Notes under the pieces: model-generated
Database searches by the model: none
Told to the model about the DNA's origin: nothing
What the model saw: the letters and a program-made list of their open reading frames with translations, nothing else
Shown here: in pieces, positions 1 to 9,020 of the stretch
Numbering within the stretch: the stretch's first letter is position 1
How the letters are laid out: every line of letters starts with the position of its first letter
Assembly: GCA_046294495.1 (NCBI GenBank)
Contig: JBKBKV010000005.1
Coordinates: 1-55,888 of the forward strand
Length of the DNA stretch: 55,888 nucleotides
Origin: Dehalococcoidia bacterium
GTDB lineage: Bacteria; Chloroflexota; Dehalococcoidia; Lucifugimonadales; HRBIN23
Direction: 5' to 3'
Made by a program: the position numbers and the translations under genes

Positions 1-549
1 GGGCTGATCGCAGGGTATTTTGGGGGTGTGGTGGATGAACTCATCAGCCGGATGGTGGACATATGGCTTTCCCTCCCATTTATCGTCGTAGCGCTGGCGG
101 CGGTCATCCTTTTCGGGCAGAGTTTTTCGGTAATGATAGGACTGCTGGCTCTGCTGGCGTGGGCCCCCTTCGTGCGTAATGTGCGGGCCGAGGTGATGGT
201 GCTGAAGACCAAGGACTATGTGGCCCTGGCAAAGGTGGCAGGAGCCTCGGTTCCGCGCATCCTCGTAACGCATATCCTGCCGGGCGTCCTGAACACTGTT
301 ATCGTTATCGCTACCCTGCGGGTCGGGCAACTGATCCTTTTTGAAGCGATCCTGAGTTTCCTGGGCGCAGGCATCCCACCACCCACCCCGGCGTGGGGGG
401 TTATGGTGGCCGACGGGCGCAACTATGTGCACGACGCCTGGTGGGTCTCCTTCTTTCCCGGCCTCGCCATCTTCCTAGTAGTTATGAGCCTCAACTTCCT
501 TGGCGACTGGGTGCGAGACCGCTTTGACCCACGCCTTCGCCAACTCTAG
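1..549 (+). CDS. ABC transporter permease, DppC/OppC type (5-prime partial; frame is open from base 1)
   Basis: Frame 1 reads GLIAGYFGGVVDELISRMVDIWLSLPFIV...FFPGLAIFLVVMSLNFLGDWVRDRFDPRLR. This is the typical C-terminal half of a peptide/nickel ABC permease (EAA-loop region, LNxxGDxLRD tail). Confidence 0.85.
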   Translation, partial: GLIAGYFGGVVDELISRMVDIWLSLPFIVVALAAVILFGQSFSVMIGLLALLAWAPFVRNVRAEVMVLKTKDYVALAKVAGASVPRILVTHILPGVLNTVIVIATLRVGQLILFEAILSFLGAGIPPPTPAWGVMVADGRNYVHDAWWVSFFPGLAIFLVVMSLNFLGDWVRDRFDPRLRQL

Positions 550-564
550 GAGCGTTAGAACAAG

Positions 565-1842
565 GTGTCAGTAGCCCTATCCGTAGCCCGACGCCTCCCC
601 TTTTTCTACGGGTGGGTGGTGGTGGGGGTTGCAGGCTCCACCATGTTCGTGCGCAACGGCGCTGCCAGCCTTACTCTGGCCGTTTTCGTTTACCCCATCT
701 CCCAGGAGTTAGGCTGGAGCCGCACCCTCATCGCAGGAGCCGCAAGCCTGGGAGGCATCCTGGCGACGGCGGCCTCCCCCTTGGCCGGATGGGCAGTAGA
801 CAGATATGGCCCGCGTTTGGTTTTGCTGGCCAGTGTGCTGGTGCTGGGGCTGTCCACCCTCTCCTTGGCGTGGGCCAGCATCCCCCTGGCCTTCTACATC
901 GCCTACGCCACAGGGAGGGTCATCTTCTCTAGCCCCATTCAGATTGGGGCGTCGGTGGCGGTTTCCCAATGGTTCATCCGCCAGAGGGGCAGGGCCAACG
1001 CCTTCCTCTTCCTGGCCCACGCCCTAGGGATGGGCCTATTCCCCCTTATCGCGCAAGTGATTATGGAGATGGGTGGTGGTGAGGCGTGGCGACAGGCGTG
1101 GCTGGGGCTGGGGGTGCTGGTGTGGGGCGTGGCCCTGGCACCTGTGGCCCTCTTTCTGGTGCGCCGGCCCGAAGACCTGGGAATGCTACCAGATGGGGAT
1201 AACCGGCAGGCCACAGCAGGGAATAGAAAGACGCCTTCCCCCTCCTCCGAGACCCACTGGGCACTGGGCCAGGCGACCCGCACCCCCGCCTTGTGGCTCC
1301 TGGCCCTGGCCGGGGGCCTGCTCTTTTTCGTGCACGCGGGGGTGAATATCCACATAGGGGCCTACCTGCGAGACCGGGGTCTGGCCGCCAGTGTGGCCGC
1401 CTTTGCTATAGCCCTAAACGCCGGCTTCACCGGCGGGGGAAGCCTGGTGTGGGGGTTCCTGGCGGAGCGTTTCCCGGTGCGCTGGTTGTATGTAGCAGTG
1501 GCGTGCACCATCGCAGCAGCGTCGCTACTTTTTACTACAGTGGACACTGTGCCCAAGGCCTTCTTGGGCACCGCTCTTTTCGGTGCAGGGCTTGCAGGGA
1601 TGCTGGTGCTCCCTTCAGTTGCCTTTGCCAACTACTTTGGGCGGCGCTCCCTGGGGAGCATCCGAGGCGCAACGGAGCCTTTTGTCTCCGCTGGGCAGGC
1701 CATTGGGGCCTTGCTGGCCGGCGCTATCCGCGATGCCACAGGGAGTTACCAAACGGCCTTCCTGGTGTTCGCAGGGGCAGCGCTGGCGGGAGCGGTCCTA
1801 TTAGCCGTTGCCCGCCCTCCCAGGGCACCTCACCGTGCTTAG
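565..1842 (+). CDS. MFS transporter
   Basis: 425 aa with about 12 hydrophobic segments in two halves separated by a charged central loop (RRPEDLGMLPDGDNRQ). GTG start 13 nt after the upstream stop. Confidence 0.8.
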   Translation: MSVALSVARRLPFFYGWVVVGVAGSTMFVRNGAASLTLAVFVYPISQELGWSRTLIAGAASLGGILATAASPLAGWAVDRYGPRLVLLASVLVLGLSTLSLAWASIPLAFYIAYATGRVIFSSPIQIGASVAVSQWFIRQRGRANAFLFLAHALGMGLFPLIAQVIMEMGGGEAWRQAWLGLGVLVWGVALAPVALFLVRRPEDLGMLPDGDNRQATAGNRKTPSPSSETHWALGQATRTPALWLLALAGGLLFFVHAGVNIHIGAYLRDRGLAASVAAFAIALNAGFTGGGSLVWGFLAERFPVRWLYVAVACTIAAASLLFTTVDTVPKAFLGTALFGAGLAGMLVLPSVAFANYFGRRSLGSIRGATEPFVSAGQAIGALLAGAIRDATGSYQTAFLVFAGAALAGAVLLAVARPPRAPHRA

Positions 1843-1952
1843 CGGTCTGCAAGACCCCCCCTCTTGCCGCTCGGGCTAGGGGGGCTTGCTTGAAGACCCA
1901 GTTGTGTTAATGTAATACTGGCTACACACCCAGGTGCACAGGAGGTGCGCGT

Positions 1953-3101
1953 GTGAAGATTACGGATGTGCGTGCCTTCCAGACCCAGGGCGGCCACGCC
2001 AACTGGACCTTTGTAAAGGTGTATACCGACAGCGGCCTCACAGGGGTAGGGGAGGCATCCCTTGAGCGCTTCGACACCATTGTGGTGCGGGCCATAGAAA
2101 CCTTCCGGGAGTTCCTCATCGGGAAAGACCCTTTCCAGATTGAGTATATCTGGAACACCCTCTCCAAGCAGACCTTCTGGTATGGGGGGCTGGTAACCCT
2201 GTGCGCCCTTAGCGGCATTGAACAGGCCCTATGGGACATCAAAGGCAAGGCGCTGGGCGTGCCAGTGTATGAACTGCTGGGCGGAAAGGTGCGGGACAAG
2301 GTCAGAGCCTATGCCAACGCGTGGGCCTTTCGGGGAGGCGTGTATCAAGGGCAAGACACCCCCGATACCATCGCCCGAAACGCCCAGGAGATGGTGAGCA
2401 AGGGCTTTACCGCTCTGAAGTGGGACCCCTTCCGCAACGCAGGCCAGGTGATCCATAAAGAGGATGAAGAGTTCGCCATCGCCTGCGTGCGCGCCGTGCG
2501 TGAGGCGGTGGGGCCCTCGGTAGACCTGCTAATTGAGTGCCACGGGCGCTTCAACATGTGGAGTGCCGTTCGCATGGCCCAGAAGTTGGAGCCTTTTGAC
2601 CCCTTCTTCTATGAGGAGCCAATCCCCCCGGACAATGTAGATGCCATGGCTGCTGTGGCAGCCGCTATCCGCATACCGATAGCCACCGGTGAGCGCCTCT
2701 TCACCCGTTGGGACTTCCGCCCACTATTGGAAAAACACGCCGCCCGCATCATCCAGCCAGACATCTGCCACGCCGGCGGCATTCTGGAACTTAAGAAGAT
2801 TGCAGCCATGGCAGAGGCCTACTATGTGGCGGTGCAACCCCACAACTCCAATGGCCCCATCTCCACCCTGGCAAGCCTCCACCTGGATGCCTGCATCCCC
2901 AACTTCATCATCCAGGAGTTCTTTTACCCCTACTTGGAGCACTACAACGAAATCCTCACCGAACCCCTGATTTATGCCGATGGTTACCTAACCATTCCTA
3001 CTGCACCGGGGCTTGGTGCCGACATCCGGGAGGAGGCGATCCTCAAGAGGCCCCCTGTTCCCCAGCCACTCCCGGCTCCGTGGATAGGCTCCTACTTCTA
3101 A
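1953..3101 (+). CDS. Enolase-superfamily dehydratase (galactonate dehydratase / mandelate racemase family)
   Basis: N-terminus MKITDVRAF...VKVYTDSGLTGVGEAS, then ALWDIKGKALGVPVYELLGG and a C-terminal metal-ligand barrel region. GTG start with AGGAGG 5 nt upstream. Confidence 0.8.
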   Translation: MKITDVRAFQTQGGHANWTFVKVYTDSGLTGVGEASLERFDTIVVRAIETFREFLIGKDPFQIEYIWNTLSKQTFWYGGLVTLCALSGIEQALWDIKGKALGVPVYELLGGKVRDKVRAYANAWAFRGGVYQGQDTPDTIARNAQEMVSKGFTALKWDPFRNAGQVIHKEDEEFAIACVRAVREAVGPSVDLLIECHGRFNMWSAVRMAQKLEPFDPFFYEEPIPPDNVDAMAAVAAAIRIPIATGERLFTRWDFRPLLEKHAARIIQPDICHAGGILELKKIAAMAEAYYVAVQPHNSNGPISTLASLHLDACIPNFIIQEFFYPYLEHYNEILTEPLIYADGYLTIPTAPGLGADIREEAILKRPPVPQPLPAPWIGSYF

Positions 3102-3279
3102 GGGTAGTCAAATATACTTGCCCACCTTGTAGCGCAACCGAGGTTAGCCTCGGTGCCGGCGTGCTGATAGGATAGGGAGCGCAATGCCGTAGAACGGCTA
3201 GGCTAGCCTTGACGGCATCCTAGGGACATGGTATCCTGGGGCTACGCCAGGCGCGGGGAAGGCCCGGGAAAGGAGGAGC

Positions 3280-3612
3280 ATGGTTACACTTACTCCAGCC
3301 GCAATCGCCCAACTGAAACAGGTTCTCAAAGAGGAAAACGCCGAAGATGCAGCAGTTCGCGTCCTTGTTGTCCCCGCAGGGCACGGTGTGCAGTATATGC
3401 TTACCCTGGAGCGTGAAACGAAGTCGGACGACCTCACCCTGGAGCACGACGGCCTGCGCATCGTGGTGGACCAGGACAGCGCCCCCCTCCTGGAAGGGGC
3501 GGAGATTGACTATGTGGAAGACTTCCCTCGCGCTGGGTTTGTCATCAGCAACCCCAATTTAGCCCTTGGCGGGTGCGCTTGCGGAGGCCAGTGCGACTGC
3601 GGCGGCCATTAG
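3280..3612 (+). CDS. Iron-sulfur cluster insertion protein, IscA/HesB/ErpA family
   Basis: 110 aa. Has the typical A-type carrier layout (LTPAAIAQLKQVL, LRIVVD, FVISNPN) and a Cys-rich tail GGCACGGQCDCGGH. AGGAGG precedes the ATG. Confidence 0.8.
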   Translation: MVTLTPAAIAQLKQVLKEENAEDAAVRVLVVPAGHGVQYMLTLERETKSDDLTLEHDGLRIVVDQDSAPLLEGAEIDYVEDFPRAGFVISNPNLALGGCACGGQCDCGGH

Positions 3613-3635
3613 CCCCCCTCCCGCAGAGCAATAGA

Positions 3636-3669
3636 GCGGCCCCTGGAAATCCAGGGGCCGCCGTCTTTG
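3636..3669 (+). terminator. Intrinsic terminator candidate after the IscA-like gene
   Basis: Perfect 11-bp stem GCGGCCCCTGG/CCAGGGGCCGC with AAAT loop (3636-3661), followed by CGTCTTTGT. Confidence 0.6.
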
Positions 3670-3766
3670 TAAGGCCTGCCCCTTACGGCTAACAGGCTAT
3701 CCCGCTACAACACCACGGCTACACTGGCTCGCCTCCTGTTACTCAAGGGTGCACCCTCAATGGGGA

Positions 3767-3795
3767 TTGACGAGGAAATACCAGTGTGCTATACT
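3767..3795 (+). promoter_or_regulatory. Sigma-70-like promoter candidate (TTGACG - 17 nt - TATACT)
   Basis: TTGACG at 3767-3772, exactly 17 nt spacer, TATACT at 3790-3795, in a 366-bp intergenic region. Confidence 0.5.
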
Positions 3796-3848
3796 AATGG
3801 CGCAGCGCAAAGGAGAATGCCCCTTGCGGCCCTCCTTGCCTGGTGCCT

Positions 3849-3884
3849 GGAGGAGTGTGGATTACCCACTCCTCCTTTTGATTT
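3849..3884 (+). terminator. Leader terminator / attenuator hairpin upstream of the 3979 gene
   Basis: 9-bp stem GGAGGAGTG/CACTCCTCC with 9-nt loop, then TTTTGATTT. Lies about 50-85 nt after the predicted start site and about 95 nt before the ATG at 3979. Confidence 0.6.
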
Positions 3885-3978
3885 GTGAGGCCCATGCCCC
3901 GGGCCGTTGGGTAGGGGCCTGCCGGCCGACGGCTCGGCCGATGTAGAGAGGGACAGTGGCGGGCGAAAGGGGTGCGGG

Positions 3979-4527
3979 ATGTCCTCCAATCACGGTAAAG
4001 CCCACCGTCTGAACGGATTTGCCTCCTTGCTGGTGCTTTTGGGCAGCTTCCTACTCGCTGTGCTGGCCCTGCTGGCTATTATGGCAGGGCCTATGATGGC
4101 ACTCTTCTTCGTGGTGGTGCTCTACACTGGGGTTATGGCGCTTTCCGGCGTGGCGATAGGCAAGGGCGTGTTCGCACTGGTGCAATCCTATCGGGGCGTG
4201 GCAAGAAAAGCCCCGCTCCCCGCGCCGGCGCCTATCCCCCAGGCCAGGCCCACGGTGCCTACGCCCGTGGTGGTAACCCTTGTATCCATGCAAGGCTCCT
4301 GCGCCAGGAAAATCCAGTATGCGGTAGGAAACATCTTCACCTTTGAGGACGGGGTGGTAACACCCGAAATGTGTGGCCCTGCCCTGCACGGCCTTCGCCC
4401 CATCGTGGAGGAGGTGCGTAGCACCCAAGAGCCACGAACAGCACGCCTGCAATGCCCCCTCTCCGGGAGCGTCATGGTCTTTGAGGTGAAGGCGCAGGAG
4501 CGCCGTCCGACCCGACGCGCAGCCTAG
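3979..4527 (+). CDS. Membrane-anchored protein with C-terminal TIGR04076-like Cys domain
   Basis: Two N-terminal hydrophobic helices (FASLLVLLGSFLLAVLALLAIMAGPMMALFFVVVLYTGVMALSGVAIG) and a Pro-rich linker. The C-terminal domain GSCARK..VGNIFTFEDG..TPEMCGPALHGL..LQCPLSGSVMVFEVK fits my memory of the TIGR04076 pattern. Start chosen at the internal ATG with AAAGGGG upstream. Confidence 0.5.
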   Translation: MSSNHGKAHRLNGFASLLVLLGSFLLAVLALLAIMAGPMMALFFVVVLYTGVMALSGVAIGKGVFALVQSYRGVARKAPLPAPAPIPQARPTVPTPVVVTLVSMQGSCARKIQYAVGNIFTFEDGVVTPEMCGPALHGLRPIVEEVRSTQEPRTARLQCPLSGSVMVFEVKAQERRPTRRAA

Positions 4528-4646
4528 CCTCTCCACCCTCTCTAGAGCACTCCTCTGTCAACCTGCGACTACGGGGCAGGGAGTTATGTTATGTTATTTA
4601 TTGGGCCTTGATGCACCCTTAGAATACGCCTAGGGAGGGGGTTATT

Positions 4647-5180
4647 ATGGTTAGTCTCAATGGTATCAGCGCCGAGCGGGTGGTGGATGCCTTCCGCCAA
4701 TGTGGCGTTACCCACATCGTATGGCTCCCAGACAGCGAGACCGGCTTCCTCTATGAAGCCTTGGTGCAAGAGAAATCCCTTACCCTGGTGCCGGTGGCCC
4801 GGGAGGGGGAGAGCATGGCTATCGCCGCCGGCCTGTGGATGGGGGGAAAGGTCCCATTGGTGCTTATCCAGAGCACCGGCTTCTTTGAATCGGGGGACAC
4901 TATACGGGGGCTGGTGCTAGATGTGGGGCTTCCCGTGGTGCTCTGCATCGGCTACCGTGGCTACGAGCGAGACAAACCACCAACCCAGCGGGCCGACTCG
5001 GCAGCCGTTTACCTGGAGCCGGTGCTCCAGGCGTGGGGAATCCCTTATCACCTGGTAGAGAGGGACGAAGATACGGTGCGCATCGTGCAGGCCTTTCGGG
5101 AGGCCCAGGAGCGCCAGGGGCCGGTAGCCGTTCTCATGTGCACCGAGTATACAGCGCAGCGGCGCAGGGGGAATGCATGA
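4647..5180 (+). CDS. comD: Sulfopyruvate/phosphonopyruvate decarboxylase-like TPP enzyme, alpha (N-terminal pyrimidine-binding) subunit
   Basis: ERVVDAFRQCGVTHIVWLPDSETGFLYEAL...REGESMAIAAGLWMGGK...IQSTGFF is the TPP_enzyme_N layout of split ComD-type subunits. Its stop overlaps the next start as ATGA. Confidence 0.65.
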   Translation: MVSLNGISAERVVDAFRQCGVTHIVWLPDSETGFLYEALVQEKSLTLVPVAREGESMAIAAGLWMGGKVPLVLIQSTGFFESGDTIRGLVLDVGLPVVLCIGYRGYERDKPPTQRADSAAVYLEPVLQAWGIPYHLVERDEDTVRIVQAFREAQERQGPVAVLMCTEYTAQRRRGNA

Positions 5181-5755
5181 TCGACTCTTTTGAAGCCACG
5201 CGCCTGATCCACCAGCACGCCGGGAGCGCCACCGTTATCCCCACCATGACCGCGTTGCGCCTGTGGCGCGCCCTGGGCCTCCGCCAGGAGCGGGACTTCC
5301 CACTGGTTGGTGCCATGGGCAAAGCCTCCTCTTTAGGCCTGGGACTGGCCATCGCCCAGCCCCAGCACAAGGTCATCGTCCTGGATGGCGACGGGAGCCT
5401 GCTGAATAACCTGGGCACCCTTGTTACCGTTGCCCATATGTCTCCGGCCAACTTCTACCACTTCGTATACCAGGACGGCGTCTACACCACCACCGGGGGC
5501 CAGCCCATCCCAGCCGCGGATATTGTGCACTTTGCAGACATAGCCAAAGGGGCGGGCTACCGCGCCGCTTACGACTTCAGCGACTTGGAGGCCTTCGCCA
5601 GCGAACTACCAGGCATCCTCACCCAACGGGGGCCAGTCCTAGTTTGCTTGCGGGTGCGCCACCCCCAGAACCTTCCACCTCTGGCGGCTGGCCAGATAGA
5701 CCGCAGGGCAGCCATCCGTCGGGTGCGCCAGACCCTCACCGGCAAGCCGGCCTAA
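5177..5755 (+). CDS. comE: Sulfopyruvate/phosphonopyruvate decarboxylase-like TPP enzyme, beta (diphosphate-binding) subunit
   Basis: VGAMGKASSLGLGLAIAQPQHKVIVLDGDGSLLNNLGTL carries the GDG-X-NN TPP-binding motif. Start set at ATG 5177, not at the 5033 ORF-track start. Confidence 0.65.
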   Translation: MIDSFEATRLIHQHAGSATVIPTMTALRLWRALGLRQERDFPLVGAMGKASSLGLGLAIAQPQHKVIVLDGDGSLLNNLGTLVTVAHMSPANFYHFVYQDGVYTTTGGQPIPAADIVHFADIAKGAGYRAAYDFSDLEAFASELPGILTQRGPVLVCLRVRHPQNLPPLAAGQIDRRAAIRRVRQTLTGKPA

Positions 5756-6270
5756 AGGTTTTCCCCTTGGTAACGCCCCTGGTAGCCCTGGGCCACAGGA
5801 TGCCCCAGGCGCAGAAACACCATCTGCACCAGGCGGGCGTTGCGCACCACCCGAAACCCCCCAGGGTTGAACACCACCAGAAGAGCCTGGGAGCGTCCGT
5901 GATACCCTGCATCCCACACAGCGTTGTGGACACTGACACCGCATCGCAACAGGGTGGAGCGGGGGAATGCCAGCGCCACCAGGTCAAGGGGGAGGTGCAC
6001 CACTTCGTTGAAGGTTATGAGATAGGCCCCAGGCCCTAGGGTGAGGGCCCCTGTATCGTCAAAGGGCATGGAGGCTGTGGGAGCCAGTTCTCGCTCCTGA
6101 CCGGCTCCCACAAGGCCTGCGCCCCGAAAGGCCGCTACCTCCCGCAGGGTGAGGTCAAAGCCGTGGGGCTGGAGTTGGGCCTCTAGGTCTACCCACCCAT
6201 CCACCAGCGGTGGGACGGCGTGGAGGCGCTCCCGAATGGACTCACGCTCCAGCACTGCCCCATCCATCAC
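5752..6270 (-). CDS. dCTP deaminase / dUTPase family protein
   Basis: PRSTLLRCGVSVHNAVWDAGYHGRSQALLVVFNPGGFRVVRNARLVQMVF matches the trimeric dUTPase-fold motif block (PRSS-R-G ... D-GY-G ... Q-vf). Confidence 0.7.
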   Translation of the reverse strand: MMDGAVLERESIRERLHAVPPLVDGWVDLEAQLQPHGFDLTLREVAAFRGAGLVGAGQERELAPTASMPFDDTGALTLGPGAYLITFNEVVHLPLDLVALAFPRSTLLRCGVSVHNAVWDAGYHGRSQALLVVFNPGGFRVVRNARLVQMVFLRLGHPVAQGYQGRYQGENL

Positions 6271-6504
6271 GGCGACCCCCTACGCAGGCGCAACAGGAGG
6301 GCCAGGGCATAGGGCGACAACCCCGGGGCAGGGCGGCGCTCCAATGGGGCGTAGCGCAGGCACTGATAAGCAGGAAGGGTCGCCCGACGGGGCGGCTTCA
6401 CGGCGCAGGCGTAGGCGTAGATGCAGTAATGAGGAAGGCACACCGTCCAACGAGCAGGCGCTTGACGCACCCTGCACCCCGTTCCCCTGACCGAAACAAT
6501 TAGG

Positions 6505-6530
6505 CCAGGATAGGCTCTCACCTATCCTGG
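6505..6530 (-). terminator. Hairpin, possible terminator downstream of the ALDH gene
   Basis: Perfect 10-bp stem CCAGGATAGG/CCTATCCTGG with 6-nt loop. On the minus strand it is followed by CCTAATTGTTTCGG, a weak U tract. It lies about 150 nt after the ALDH stop. Confidence 0.35.
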
Positions 6531-6678
6531 CAAATATCCATCGTCTTTGTCAAGCGCAAAACCCTAACTCGCCCCCCTCTTGCCTTGCAGGCGTCGCCAA
6601 CAATGTAGCAAAACTGGGGCTGGAGCGCCTTCGGCAGCACCATCGGCCACGGGATAGACACCTGCCTAGGGTATCCCC

Positions 6679-8091
6679 CTACAGGTGGATCACCACCATC
6701 TTCTCCTCGGTCATCTCGCGGATGGCGTATTTGGGGCCTTCCTTGCCAAAACCACTCTCCTTCAGCCCCCCATAGGGCATCAAGTCGGCCCGCCACTGAG
6801 GACCCCAGTTGATGTGGAGGTTACCCGATTCAACCTCCCGTGCAAAGCGCATGGCCCACTCCAGGTTCTGGGTGAAAATGCCCGCCGAAAGGCCATAAAT
6901 GGTGTCGTTGGCCAGAGCGATAGCCTCGTCAATGGAGTTGACAGGGGTTAGGGCTACCGCCGGGCCAAACAGTTCCTCGCAGGAGATGCGCATCTTGGGG
7001 CTAACATCGGCGACAACGGTGGGCATAACGAAACTGCCGTGCCGTTCGCCCCCGGTTACCAGGCGCGCCCCGCCCTGCACCGCCTCCTGAATCCAGGAGT
7101 GCACCCGCACTGCATCCCGCTCCCGCACCAGGGGGCCCATGCGGGTGCTCTCCTTCAATGGGTCGCCCCAGGTGATGGCCTCCACGGCAGGCTTCAGAGC
7201 ACCCACCAGGTCTGCGTAGATGGGGCGCAAGGGGATAACCCGCTGGGTGCTGATGCACACCTGCCCAGCGTTGCTGTAGCCGGTGGACACGATGCCCTCC
7301 ACCACCCTCTTTAGGTCGGCGTCGGGCATAATGATGAGGGGGGAGTTGCTCCCAAGTTCCATGGTCACCTTCTTCAGGCCCGCCACCTTGCAGATGCGCT
7401 CCCCTACATCCCGGCTGCCCGTGAAGGTGATTTTGCGGACGCGACGGTCGGTGCAGAGGGCCTCTCCTATCTGGCCCCCAGGCCCGGTGAGGCACTGGAC
7501 AGCCTCCGGGGGCAGGCCCGCCTCCAGGAGCACCTCCGTCAACTTCAGGGCAGAGATAGGGGTATCCGAGGCGGGCTTGATGATAACGCTGTTGCCCGCA
7601 GCCAGGGCTGGCCCCACCTTGTGGCAAACCAGGTTAAGGGGGAAGTTGAAGGGGCTGATGGCCACCACCACCCCACAGGGGACGCGAATGGTGAACCCGA
7701 AACGGTTCCCCGCCCCTGGGGAGCCGTCCAGTGGCACCACCTCCCCACCGATGCGCTTGGCCTCTTCAGCCGAAACGGTGACGGTTTGGACGGCCCGGCT
7801 CACCTCAAATCTGCTTTCGGCAATAGCCTTCCCCTCCTCAAGGGTAATGGTGCGGGCGAAGTCTTCGGCACGGGCCTCTATCAGGTCGGCTGCCTTCTTC
7901 AGGATGCGGTAGCGCTCGTAGCCCGACAGTTTGCGCATGGCCTGGGCACCCCGCACCGCTGAGGTGATGGCCCTGTCCACATCCTCCAGGTCCGCCTTGG
8001 GAACCGTGTCTACCACCCGCCCGTCGTAGGGGTAGAGGATGGGCATAGTCTGGGGCTTATCTATCCACTCGCCGGCCACATACATGCGCAT
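6679..8091 (-). CDS. NAD(P)-dependent aldehyde dehydrogenase
   Basis: Carries ALDH hallmarks FTGSRDVGERI and KKVTMELGSNSPLIIM (E-L-G-G-like Glu motif), plus the catalytic-Cys region NAGQVCISTQR. Start moved to MRMYVAGEWID (GGAGGGA upstream). Confidence 0.85.
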   Translation of the reverse strand: MRMYVAGEWIDKPQTMPILYPYDGRVVDTVPKADLEDVDRAITSAVRGAQAMRKLSGYERYRILKKAADLIEARAEDFARTITLEEGKAIAESRFEVSRAVQTVTVSAEEAKRIGGEVVPLDGSPGAGNRFGFTIRVPCGVVVAISPFNFPLNLVCHKVGPALAAGNSVIIKPASDTPISALKLTEVLLEAGLPPEAVQCLTGPGGQIGEALCTDRRVRKITFTGSRDVGERICKVAGLKKVTMELGSNSPLIIMPDADLKRVVEGIVSTGYSNAGQVCISTQRVIPLRPIYADLVGALKPAVEAITWGDPLKESTRMGPLVRERDAVRVHSWIQEAVQGGARLVTGGERHGSFVMPTVVADVSPKMRISCEELFGPAVALTPVNSIDEAIALANDTIYGLSAGIFTQNLEWAMRFAREVESGNLHINWGPQWRADLMPYGGLKESGFGKEGPKYAIREMTEEKMVVIHL

Positions 8092-8126
8092 AACCTGTCC
8101 CTCCTTCCAGACTATTGTATATATCC

Positions 8127-9020
8127 TTACCCTTTCATTGCCTGCTCCGCCAGCATGCGCCGGGTAACAGAGCCAATCTCCCCGGGTGTAGGGATGATCC
8201 AGCATCCCGCCTTCCGCAGAGCCTCTACCTTCGCCTCGGCAGTAGCCGCTTTGCCGGTGATGATAGCCCCCGCATGCCCCATACGCTTCCCAGGGGGCGC
8301 GGTGGCCCCCACCACGAAGGCGGCCACAGGCTTCCCCATCTCCCTTTGGATGAACTCTGCCGCCTCCTGCTCCTTTGTCCCTCCAATCTCCCCGATGAGC
8401 ACCACCGCCTCGGTCTCGGGGTCATCGTTGAACATGCGGAGAACATCCACAAAGGAGGTGCCGCTGATGGGGTCGCCACCTATGCCGACGCAAGTGGACT
8501 GGCCAATGCCCAGGCTGGTCAACTGCATCACCGCTTCATAGGTCAGTGTGCCGGAGCGGGAGACCACCCCCACTTTCCCCGGCCGGTGGATAGGCCCAGG
8601 CATAATGCCCACCTTGGTGCGGGTGCGAGGAGTGATAAGCCCTGGGCAGTTGGGGCCGATAAGGCGCACCCCTTTGCCTTCCAGCCAGCGCACCACCCTT
8701 ACCATGTCCATCACAGGGATACCTTCGGTGATGCACACGATCAAGCGCACCCCCGCCTCTGCCGCCTCCGCAATAGCATCAGTCGCGAAGGGGGCGGGCA
8801 CAAAGATAAGGGAGGTATTGGCCCCCGTCTGGCGAACGGCCTCCTCTACGCTATTGAAAACAGGCACCGTCTCTTTGAAGAAGGTCCCCCCACGGCCTGG
8901 GGTAACGCCCGCTACCACCTTCGTGCCATACTCCATACACCGCTCGGCGTGGAACCCCCCTTCTCGCCCCGTGATGCCCTGCACAACAACGCGGGTCGTT
9001 TCGTCAACCAGGATGGCCAC
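8127..9020 (-). CDS. sucD: Succinyl-CoA synthetase alpha subunit
   Basis: [23 protein letters not shown]..., phosphohistidine loop [19 protein letters not shown] 9020 is preferred because GGGAGGTG sits immediately upstream; GTG 9026 is possible. Confidence 0.9.
   Translation of the reverse strand: MAILVDETTRVVVQGITGREGGFHAERCMEYGTKVVAGVTPGRGGTFFKETVPVFNSVEEAVRQTGANTSLIFVPAPFATDAIAEAAEAGVRLIVCITEGIPVMDMVRVVRWLEGKGVRLIGPNCPGLITPRTRTKVGIMPGPIHRPGKVGVVSRSGTLTYEAVMQLTSLGIGQSTCVGIGGDPISGTSFVDVLRMFNDDPETEAVVLIGEIGGTKEQEAAEFIQREMGKPVAAFVVGATAPPGKRMGHAGAIITGKAATAEAKVEALRKAGCWIIPTPGEIGSVTRRMLAEQAMKG

Noticed and set aside
3817-3888. Possible 23-codon leader peptide (MPLAALLAWCLEECGLPTPPFDL) inside the 3767-3884 leader
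   Set aside because: The only SD-like element (AGGAG) ends 1 nt before the ATG, too close for normal initiation. The RNA-structure explanation is more economical.
5033-5176. N-terminal extension of the ComE-like ORF given by the ORF track, and similar long upstream extensions at 8092-8205, 10332-10487, 26991-27038, 31487-31576, 35604-35744 and 35826-35915
   Set aside because: The extensions overlap the upstream genes or lack an SD. Internal starts have GGAGG-type sites and align with the expected family N-termini.
6267-6521. 84-aa minus-strand ORF in the ALDH-dcd intergenic region, whose TGA overlaps the dcd start (GTGATG)
   Set aside because: The stop/start overlap and high third-position GC make it tempting. 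However, I recognise no family, its ATG lies inside the 6505-6530 hairpin, and the sequence is Arg/Pro/Ala-rich. Left unannotated; comparative genomics could revive it.
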